Below the pieces are notes generated by a model. The model made no database searches. It saw only the letters and a program-made list of their open reading frames with translations, and was not told where the DNA came from. From Planctomycetota bacterium (GTDB taxonomy: Bacteria; Planctomycetota; GCA-002687715; DRQF01): 15,843 bases of DNA. The stretch is from assembly GCA_036479435.1 (NCBI GenBank), contig JAZGFI010000021.1, forward strand, positions 1 to 15,843, read 5' to 3'. This document shows positions 8,808-15,843 of the stretch, piece after piece (within the stretch, counting starts at the first letter, position 1; each line of letters begins with the position of its first letter). A program made the position numbers and the translations under genes.

Positions 8808-8938
8808 GGCGTTCTCGGAAGAAAATGACTGTTTGTTTGGATCCCGGCTGCGCAGAGCTGAGGATACCGATTTGCTCCAACTGGAAGGCCTGATCTCGCG
8901 ATTTTCACAAGTACAGGACGCTTCGTTTGGCGATTTGG

Positions 8939-9961
8939 TCAGCGCTCATGCTCGTTAACCTGTCCGTTGAGCTCTGGGGACGGTTCTTGCTGAGTTCTGG
9001 ACGAAGCGATGGAGATTCCAACGAGTTTACGTTCCTCGCTGACTCTCTTTATGGCCCAGCGCTTTCCCCTTAGCAGGCAATGACACTGGAACCGTCTCAA
9101 GAATTTGATGAACTCGGGATCGTCGAGGCGCTTTTGTCGCTTGACCATGGCGGCAAGGTACCCCCAGACCATGGCGAGGCTTCCGATCAGATAGGGTCGC
9201 TGCCGCGCTTGGTTCGCAGCACTTGCTAGCAGATAAATCAAGCCCGTTCCCATGAAGCGTTGGCCGCGCCCGTGCCTCGCCCTGCCTCGGAGAATGCTCC
9301 CCTCGCTAGAACCCATTTGACGAAGGTGAACGAACTTGAGATCGCTGCTGTCGTTCCAGGACTTCGCCACCCAACCCATCATGCGGCAACGGTGGCAATC
9401 AATCCCGTCCCACATGACTCCGCGTACCAGTCCACCGATGTCCTCGAAGCAGCGGCGGCGATACAGTTTTGTCATCCCAGCCGAGATTTCTTCGCTGCCG
9501 TGTTCAGGAACTAACACCTTGTCAGCACGCCGGGCGTGAGGCCAACCGCTACAAGTCCCAAGCCTGGGCTCTTGCTCCATTCGTTCGATAAGAGTCTCAA
9601 AATACCTTGGCGGCAGTTCCAGGTCGAGGTCGAGTTTACAGACGTAATCCCACTCCTCGCCGACAATGCGATCGTAGCCAGCATAGAATGCATCGACGAC
9701 CCCAGGCCCGACTTGCCGATGGCCTCGATCGTCTCGACGCACGATACGGATCATCTCGTCCTTTTTCGCAAAATCTCGGAGAATAGCGGGTGTCGCATCG
9801 CTTGAGCCATCATCGACGATCAGCCATTTGTGAGGCCGAAAAGTCTGTGCCAGTACACTCTTTATCGTGGTGCTCGCAAACATCTGTTCGTTGCGGCAGG
9901 GGGAGATGATCACCAACCGTGGACGGCCACTCATGTCTGGCTCTCTGGCTTCCGGCTCCAT
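8939..9961 (-). CDS. Glycosyltransferase family 2
   Basis: ISPCRNE, VDDGSSD, KLDLDL (DxD), WDGID. Alternative start at ATG 9934. Confidence 0.92.
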   Translation of the reverse strand: MEPEAREPDMSGRPRLVIISPCRNEQMFASTTIKSVLAQTFRPHKWLIVDDGSSDATPAILRDFAKKDEMIRIVRRDDRGHRQVGPGVVDAFYAGYDRIVGEEWDYVCKLDLDLELPPRYFETLIERMEQEPRLGTCSGWPHARRADKVLVPEHGSEEISAGMTKLYRRRCFEDIGGLVRGVMWDGIDCHRCRMMGWVAKSWNDSSDLKFVHLRQMGSSEGSILRGRARHGRGQRFMGTGLIYLLASAANQARQRPYLIGSLAMVWGYLAAMVKRQKRLDDPEFIKFLRRFQCHCLLRGKRWAIKRVSEERKLVGISIASSRTQQEPSPELNGQVNEHER

Positions 9962-10010
9962 GGCCCCTCATATCGGACACCTACAGATGGGAGTCGTCGG
10001 GCGCACACGG

Positions 10011-11186
10011 TCAGAGTGTACGCAACAATTCCTGTATTGCGTGGATCCGCTTGTCAAATTCTCCTTCGAAGCAGTGCTTTTTTGCGAAGTCCCGGCTCCG
10101 ATGAGCGAATGCGGATAGTGATGGCCAGTCAGAAAGCAGATTCTGAACCGCTTTGGCCGTCTCGACCGGCCGACCCATGCGCGTTACCAGGCCATTTCCC
10201 GCGTCTTTGACGAAAGACCGCCACATGCGATTACCATATCCTACGATCGGCAAGCCTGATCCACAGGCCTCGAGATAGGTACAAGAGGGGTCAGCTTGAA
10301 CGTGACAGCAAATGAAAACATCGCTGTCGTGGGACCTTTCAACCAATTCGGGGTATGGAATTGCGTTGTTAACATGAATGCAGTCTTGCGCCCCAGCCGA
10401 CTCGACTCTCCGTCGCATTTCTCCGACCAAACTTCCGGCCCCGAACAGATCCAGCACAAAGGGCACCTTCCGACGAAAAAGCTCAAGACCCACTTCGACA
10501 ACGTCCAAGGCACCCTTGATTTCCTCATAGCGCCCAGAATAGAGGAGTCTCGGTTTGCGCCCGATCTTGAAGTCTGCGAGCCGCATGTCGAGACGATCAG
10601 ACTCGATGACCATTGCGTCAGCCATCCTAGAGTCTAGATACAGCAGGCAGTCTCGATGAAAGCGACGCGATTGCTCGTGAACCGGGTAACCGTTGCAGTG
10701 CACTGAGTGCGCTCGACGCAGGTCGCGGATTTTAGGTAGGAATCGACAAAGTGTCTTGACTGTCCGAACTCCTCGGCGGATGCGTCCATGAACCGGGAAT
10801 CGTGCGATTTTGATCTGTGTTGGTAGATCGTACTCGACGACAGCGATGTAGGGCTTGGCCAATTTTTGTGCAAAGAGCTGAGTCTCAAATCCCGTCCCGT
10901 AAATCAAGGAAGCCTGCCCAACGAGTCTTTCCACTCGATCCAATTCACTACCTCTGAGCCGATGGTTTCCGTCACAGCGAACAGGTTCAACTCGATATGA
11001 CAGATCGTCGGTCGGAATTTCTACGAAATCCATCTGTCGGCAGCCTGCAGTCAGCGTGGGTGCGATGACAACAACGGAGGTCCCAAGGCGCTCTGCATAA
11101 ACACTTGCTCCGACGTGAAATTTTCGATCAATCCTCAGCACACCGTTTTCGATGAGGCAGGGGCTGTAAGTCGGGAGAATTATCAT
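10011..11186 (-). CDS. Glycosyltransferase family 4 (GT-B fold)
   Basis: LLYSGRYEEIKG, LDLFGAG, DVFICCHVQADPSCTYLEACGSGLPIVG. Start uncertain: ATG 11186 preferred, frame is open from ATG 11249. Confidence 0.88.
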   Translation of the reverse strand: MIILPTYSPCLIENGVLRIDRKFHVGASVYAERLGTSVVVIAPTLTAGCRQMDFVEIPTDDLSYRVEPVRCDGNHRLRGSELDRVERLVGQASLIYGTGFETQLFAQKLAKPYIAVVEYDLPTQIKIARFPVHGRIRRGVRTVKTLCRFLPKIRDLRRAHSVHCNGYPVHEQSRRFHRDCLLYLDSRMADAMVIESDRLDMRLADFKIGRKPRLLYSGRYEEIKGALDVVEVGLELFRRKVPFVLDLFGAGSLVGEMRRRVESAGAQDCIHVNNAIPYPELVERSHDSDVFICCHVQADPSCTYLEACGSGLPIVGYGNRMWRSFVKDAGNGLVTRMGRPVETAKAVQNLLSDWPSLSAFAHRSRDFAKKHCFEGEFDKRIHAIQELLRTL

Positions 11187-11497
11187 GCAGAGGCTACTGC
11201 TCCAAGGCCGTGTCGCAGAGGCGATTGATACCAATCTACCTGACAACATTACAAGTTTTTTTCGAGCGACAAAGAAGGAAAGTTGATTGCAGGCGAGCCA
11301 CCAGCCGCCCTAAGCCGCAACGATTCCGCACCAAAGAAAAGTAACTACTCACTGTTAATAGCCCCAGACCAAGAAGACAAGCACGACCATCCAGCTTAAT
11401 GCGCGTTCGCTGCCAGCACATCGCGGCGGCTAAACGTCAAACTTGCTCACCAGAGGCTCCACACTCCCCGCGAACATGTGGGCCCAAGATTCCGAAG

Positions 11498-12616
11498 TCA
11501 CACCACCGGAGAGGCCGGGGCTGACCCACGAAATTTCCCATATACCCACTTTCGCGCAGGCTTTTCTATAAATGCAAAAGTCAGACTTGCTGACATGATA
11601 GATAGCCCAAACAACAACAATATTACAATGAACCGAGTGAGACCATTAGGCTCTATGCTGAGGAACTTAAGAATGCGCGGATAGAAGAATGACAACCCCA
11701 GCAATACCGGCACATGCAATATGTATATCGAATAAGACCAATCCCCTAACTTCCTTAAGGGCGCCCAAGACAACCCATCTGCTACAACGCCACGATCGTC
11801 ATGCGTCGCGCCGATCAAAATAACGAAAGGCATGATAAGGAAAGTGTCATTGGGAAGAAGCTCAATCAGCGCCACGATGGCCAAGACCGACGACACTTGG
11901 ATAGCAGTGATCGTTTTCTCAGGAATACGCAGCCACACTGAACGGGTCAGGCACAAGCTCATGCCGACCAGAAAACCCGCCAAGCCTCGCGCCAAGGCCC
12001 AACCATCGATGATATCCAAACTGCCACTGCTCATGCCGACAAAGCCATAGAACGCACATGCTACTGTGAAAGCCGCCGCAATGGCTAGTTTTTTGTAGGA
12101 AATGGAGAATGCGAGAATAAGGGGAAACAGCAGATAGGCGAACATCTCTGTGCTAATTGACCACGCGGGAATATTCCATACTGGTTTGCCAAATATTCCC
12201 CAAGATTGCAAAAGCAACAGATGATCCGGCAATCTTACCCAAGGGACGGTGTAAATCGCGTTTGGAGAGTGTGTTATACGCGCATAGAACTGCGTAAAGA
12301 CCCGATAGCAAACAACCACACAAAGCGCGAACAAATGCAGTGGATACACCCTGGCAAGGCGAGCCACATAGAAGTCACGAATTTTCAATGGTGTACGATG
12401 AACATCTCTATCGCCATAGACGTATGTCAGGATGAAGCCGCTTAAGATGAAAAAGAAATCAACCCAAACATAGCCCCGCGACCATATGCATGTGATGTCC
12501 TCAAGCCAAATCTTGTTGTCGCCAAAAAATTGCAAATGATATCCGACGACAATAAGAGCAGCGATGCCGCGCAATGAACCATGCGATATGATGAGCGGAG
12601 GTTGTTGCTTATCCAT
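11498..12616 (-). CDS. Acyltransferase_3 (OafA/YrhL-like) integral-membrane O-acyltransferase, no fused SGNH domain
   Basis: SLRGIAALIVVGYH, VDFFFILSGFIL, FYVARLARVYPLH, WSISTEMFAYL, LGDWSYSIYILH, IEKP. Start ATG 12616 preferred; frame is open from GTG 12655. Confidence 0.92.
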   Translation of the reverse strand: MDKQQPPLIISHGSLRGIAALIVVGYHLQFFGDNKIWLEDITCIWSRGYVWVDFFFILSGFILTYVYGDRDVHRTPLKIRDFYVARLARVYPLHLFALCVVVCYRVFTQFYARITHSPNAIYTVPWVRLPDHLLLLQSWGIFGKPVWNIPAWSISTEMFAYLLFPLILAFSISYKKLAIAAAFTVACAFYGFVGMSSGSLDIIDGWALARGLAGFLVGMSLCLTRSVWLRIPEKTITAIQVSSVLAIVALIELLPNDTFLIMPFVILIGATHDDRGVVADGLSWAPLRKLGDWSYSIYILHVPVLLGLSFFYPRILKFLSIEPNGLTRFIVILLLFGLSIMSASLTFAFIEKPARKWVYGKFRGSAPASPVV

Positions 12617-12901
12617 CAAAATAGCCCTGCGTCCTTCTTGTTGACACCAAATCACGCGGCATCCTCTTCAAATATTGCTGGGGAGACAAACGACAGCGAC
12701 AAGTGCCTTCGAATTTAGTTAGGTGGTGCCCAACTTCTCTTCCGCACATTCCTCTTCGGCCTCTCCTCTCAGCGGCGAAGCAATCGCCTAAGCGCAGCTT
12801 GCGTTTGCCGGTCTCGGCAGGCCTCCAGCTCCAGGCCCGATTCGGGCATAGAGAGATATCTAAAATGAAGGGGCGAGCCATTTCCAGTCTCTTGCAAACA
12901 C

Positions 12902-13059
12902 GGCGAAGCTTGCGGCTACCCCGTCAGAAGAATGGAGCTGACCATCAAAAGAGTCGACGAAACACGCAGCAGGCCGGACGTATATGTCAGCCAGCAATGA
13001 GAGGCGAATCCCGGCGAACGAGATGCCGGCCGCAGAGTGAGCGACTGATGGCATGAAGC
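12902..13059 (+). repeat. Copy A of a ~160-bp diverged inverted non-coding repeat (partner 15553-15711)
   Basis: Exact 18-mer AAAAGAGTCGACGAAACA (12947-12964) and 12-mer GGAGCTGACCAT are shared with the reverse complement of copy B. Hand alignment gives about 121/162 identities. Confidence 0.9.
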
Positions 13060-13063
13060 CTCA

Positions 13064-13909
13064 TTATTGCTTGCCCATTGCCCTTTTAATGAGAACCACT
13101 AAAGGGCGGGGAATGATCTGTCTTGCGGTGCGTTTCAATTTCTCGGCAAATGCCGAGGGCAAATCACCGAATAAGGACTCTCCTGGCCTCTCCTTGAAGA
13201 TGGTCGAATGTTCTTCAGTGTTTTCATACCCGTCATCGCGCCCCGCAGAATAGTAATATAGGGCAATAGAGCGGCGATTCCGGTCTGGCGGACAAGACAT
13301 CGGGGTCGGATGACCGTGCCAGGAAATTTCAGTTGTCGAAAACATCGCCATGCGATTAAATACGGGTAGAACTTTCACCACAGGGTGCGTCACATCCCTG
13401 TTCCACAACTCAAAGTGCCCGCCATATGATTCTTCCCAGTTCTCATTGAGATATATCAGAACATTGATCCGGCGATCGAGGTTCATCCTTCTGTGCTTGT
13501 TAAAATCCACATGAACCGACAGCTTGCCTCCCGGTTCAATACGATGCATACCGCCGCCTTCCAGATAAGGGTCAGCAATCAGCCCTTCAATACCAGTGAG
13601 CTTTACTAAGAAGTCAACAAAAGTCCCAGAATTAAGATTGGCTATCAAAGCTCTAGCATAAGGCCCGAGTTGCTGGTCTCCTATGCTCGCGAGTTTCTTT
13701 TCTCTGTTATTGTCGAATTGACGCCAGCAATCTGACGTTTTTTCAGGAAATTCACTAGCAACTTTTCGCAAGAATTCGGGACAGAAGAGACCGTCGAATA
13801 CGGCGTGCGGAAAGGGGTCGGCAGATTGGTAGGCCTCTGCTTGGTTTTCGGCGATTTCATCGAGCTTTTTCCGCGGAAGAATGGAGTTGAAATCATCAAT
13901 GGAAAACAT
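13064..13909 (-). CDS. 2OG-Fe(II) oxygenase (prolyl-hydroxylase-like, 2OG-FeII_Oxy_3 type)
   Basis: PFPHAVFD, HVD facial-triad motif (LSVHVDFN), LIYLN, GGHFELW, SWHGH, RRSIALYYY. ATG 13909 is preceded by AGGA; frame is open from TTG 13948. Confidence 0.92.
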   Translation of the reverse strand: MFSIDDFNSILPRKKLDEIAENQAEAYQSADPFPHAVFDGLFCPEFLRKVASEFPEKTSDCWRQFDNNREKKLASIGDQQLGPYARALIANLNSGTFVDFLVKLTGIEGLIADPYLEGGGMHRIEPGGKLSVHVDFNKHRRMNLDRRINVLIYLNENWEESYGGHFELWNRDVTHPVVKVLPVFNRMAMFSTTEISWHGHPTPMSCPPDRNRRSIALYYYSAGRDDGYENTEEHSTIFKERPGESLFGDLPSAFAEKLKRTARQIIPRPLVVLIKRAMGKQ

Positions 13910-14034
13910 AGTCAGGTCCTGATACAGATATGAAATTTTGGTTAACAACCGCCTGCGGCTGCGAGCCTTGTCGTTGTGACTTCTCTTCTGTAATTTCCTC
14001 TTCAGCCTTTCGGCTTCCTATCCAACGAAGGCCG

Positions 14035-14135
14035 CTCCTTGTTTCTGTCCTCAATCCCCAAAACTCCCGCCGACAAATGGACTCTCGAAGACCCGCACTT
14101 CCCCAGCGCGAGGGGCCACCGTTAACGAGGCGCCG
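14035..14135 (-). mobile_element. Possible IS4-family left-end remnant without a transposase
   Basis: Minus strand reads CGTTAACGGTGG...GTGCGGGTCTTCGAGA...TTTGGGGA...AAACAAGGAG. The strong SD (AAGGAG) has no real ORF behind it. Resemblance to planctomycete IS4 ends is from memory and unverified. Confidence 0.3.
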
Positions 14136-14201
14136 AACGTAATACAAATTGAGTTCTCCGGTGATTCCACACCCTCATGACTCCTTCGCTGGGCCCACAT
14201 C

Positions 14202-15299
14202 TTATGAACGTGCAAGACGAGACTTTCGGTCTTGGAAATACCGCTCGAAGGTGGCAAAACTTAGCTCCGCGACGATATAGGTCATCAGAACTCCAGAGAT
14301 CCACAGCGCCCAGGCGTTCTCTACCCCGATGCCAGCCCCAAGAATTCGGGAGGCATTAAAGCAAAGCATGTGCATCAAATAGATCCCGTAGCTTACCGTT
14401 CCCATCCGTACTAACGGCCGGAGATGGAGCATTCGAGATAGGCCATTATCTTCCCGGATGACGCAGGAAACGACAAGAGCAGCCAAACACAAATAGACCA
14501 CATATTCCCATATTTGGCCGCCTGGTTCAATCGATGCGACGACAACTACTGTCAGAAGTGTCGTGGGAGCCGACCAATAACGGCCAAAAAGGGCGTTTAG
14601 CGCAGCAAATCCAGAACGAGTGTGAATCAAATGAGCGATCAGGACGCCGAAGAGGATGCAGGGCGCGATGCTCCACAGAATTCGATGTCCCACTGAATCA
14701 GCAGGCAAGATGTTGTGCAACAAGTTGAAGTGATTGGCCATGACGATTCCCATCAAGCCAAATAGTAGAGTCATTTTCGTCAACGGCCTGGCAAAACGTT
14801 CAATCCATGGCCAAGTCAGGTAGAACTGCTCCTCTACTGCAAGTGACCATGCGAAGTAAAAGATGACTCGGTCGTTGGACACCAAGTCAACGAACCAGTT
14901 CGAAGTATAAGTGGCGTAGGCGGGCAGATTTCCGAAGAACCGCTCTCCTGCTGAACTTCCTTGTTCCATTACCGCAACGACAATAACGTAAACCAGCAGC
15001 ACGGCATAGTAGAGTGGGAAGATCCGCAGCGACCTTCTCATGTAGAATTTAGATAGTGAAATCTCACCATATTGCTCACTTTCGCGAATCAACAGTGATG
15101 TAATAAGAAATCCGCTAATTGCAAAAAAAAGATGCACTCCTAATTGCCCACGATGAAACAACGCGCAGTCGACATTTAGGCCAGAATGGTGCCAAAGTAC
15201 GGCAAGTACCGACAAGCACCTAAGACCGTCGAGGCTGCCAAAGCGCTTTGTTTTCCTAAAGGCATCAAAACGCGCAGCATCGAAAAACAGTTCTTTCAC
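14202..15299 (-). CDS. Acyltransferase_3 (OafA/YrhL-like) integral-membrane O-acyltransferase, no fused SGNH domain
   Basis: LDGLRCLSVLAVLWHH, GVHLFFAISGFLIT, FYMRRSLRIFPLYY, WSLAVEEQFYL, GTVSYGIYLMH; GTG start. Confidence 0.93.
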   Translation of the reverse strand: MKELFFDAARFDAFRKTKRFGSLDGLRCLSVLAVLWHHSGLNVDCALFHRGQLGVHLFFAISGFLITSLLIRESEQYGEISLSKFYMRRSLRIFPLYYAVLLVYVIVVAVMEQGSSAGERFFGNLPAYATYTSNWFVDLVSNDRVIFYFAWSLAVEEQFYLTWPWIERFARPLTKMTLLFGLMGIVMANHFNLLHNILPADSVGHRILWSIAPCILFGVLIAHLIHTRSGFAALNALFGRYWSAPTTLLTVVVVASIEPGGQIWEYVVYLCLAALVVSCVIREDNGLSRMLHLRPLVRMGTVSYGIYLMHMLCFNASRILGAGIGVENAWALWISGVLMTYIVAELSFATFERYFQDRKSRLARS

Positions 15300-15339
15300 G
15301 CGAATCTTCCATACTGTCGATATTTCGGTAGTCAGCCAT

Positions 15340-15815
15340 GTTTCCGTTGAAACTCGGCGGCCAAGACAGCCAATCTTATCCTACGCGACGTCTATCTTGT
15401 TGTCGATGCTCTCACGATGTCACTCAGCGATTCCGCATCTGGTTGGTCCCGCCATCCCATCAGCCAACCAGGTGCACGTGTCGACGTCTTCCCTACTCGT
15501 GCCGGCTTCGGCATTTCCGAGAGATTGGCCACTCCCAACTGTGTCTAACGAAGCTTCATCCCATCGGTTTGCTCACGCTGCGGCTGGCGATCTCGCTCGC
15601 CGGGGCTTCGCACCCAACATTACTGAGGAGCACGCCCGGTCTACTACATGTTTCGTCGACTCTTTTACATGGTCAGCTCCTTTCATCTGACTGGATGGCG
15701 CCAGCTTCGCCTGGCACACCGAAAGGACACGCATCACTGATGGCTACCGCGAGAGCGAAGTTGGTCAGAGTTCCTGATTGACCTCACCGAGCACCTATGG
15801 GAGTCAAGTGGTTGG
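15340..15815 (-). mobile_element. Putative structured non-autonomous element (IS110-like ends / bridge-RNA-like) containing copy B; boundaries approximate
   Basis: No credible ORF; many hairpins; SD AAGGAG (15677-15682), 6 nt, then ATG-TAA (15665-15670); TTGACT at 15802-15807. The family assignment is inference. Confidence 0.35.
15553..15711 (-). repeat. Copy B of the ~160-bp diverged inverted non-coding repeat (partner 12902-13059)
   Basis: Reverse complement aligns with 12902-13059; exact 18-mer at 15649-15666. Confidence 0.9.
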
Positions 15816-15843
15816 GGCACGCATTCGCGCGGCACAAACGTTA

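Noticed and set aside
11236..11421. 61-aa minus ORF as a transposase fragment
   Set aside because: Only a four-residue resemblance (VARL); no DDE or other support.
107..12445. Numerous short plus-strand and alternative-frame ORFs in the ORF track
   Set aside because: They are shadows of well-supported minus-strand genes in GC-rich DNA.
12938..12964. Hammerhead ribozyme suggested by CTGA...CGAAAC in both repeat copies
   Set aside because: The core must be CUGANGA; here it is CUGACCA, and no convincing stem II is present.
12703..13056. 117-aa plus-strand ORF over repeat copy A
   Set aside because: No recognisable motifs; the homologous copy B has frameshifting indels and stops, so conservation is non-coding.
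11476..14200. 10-mer GGGCCCACAT just downstream of both acyltransferase genes (11476-11485 reverse, 14191-14200 forward)
   Set aside because: Opposite orientation relative to the genes and almost no extension beyond 10 nt; compatible with chance.
15123..15130. T8 run in the acyltransferase coding strand as a phase-variation tract
   Set aside because: It is short and explained by Leu-Phe-Phe codons of the conserved FFxxSG motif; the frame is intact.
15743..15750. ops/JUMPStart element (GCGGTAGC on minus) upstream of a polysaccharide operon
   Set aside because: Lacks the leading G and downstream TG of GGCGGTAGnnTG, lies inside the putative mobile element, and nothing points to an RfaH-type host.
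15338..15781. 147-aa and 97-aa plus-strand ORFs
   Set aside because: No domain motifs or RBS, atypical composition, and antisense to the structured element.
1..15843. CRISPR array, tRNA, rRNA, group II intron domain V, intrinsic terminators
   Set aside because: No regularly spaced direct repeats, tRNA consensus, intron DV motif or clear hairpin-plus-U-tract was found by eye.

Overview
A minus-strand surface-polysaccharide (EPS/capsule/O-antigen-like) biosynthesis and tailoring locus; the overall style suggests a Planctomycetota-like bacterium (inference only). In transcription order (right to left): acyltransferase_3, 2OG-Fe(II) oxygenase, second acyltransferase_3, GT4, GT2, an SGNH-hydrolase/carbamoyltransferase fusion, two GT2s, a SAM methyltransferase with an extra C-terminal domain, an orphan protein-kinase-like ORF, a VOC (methylmalonyl-CoA-epimerase-like) protein, an acyl carrier protein, and the 5' part of an FkbH-like protein that runs off the left edge (absent from the ORF track). 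Genes from 4208 down to 1 are tightly coupled. The right third (about 11250-15843) is more AT-rich and has long intergenic regions. The main unexplained signal is a ~160-bp non-coding element present twice in inverted orientation (12902-13059 + and 15553-15711 -). By hand alignment the copies are about 75% identical, with conserved hairpins and one hypervariable patch, and they bracket the oxygenase and one acyltransferase. The longer copy has a Shine-Dalgarno followed by ATG-TAA and may be a transposase-less IS110-like/bridge-RNA relic. No rRNA, tRNA or CRISPR array was seen.
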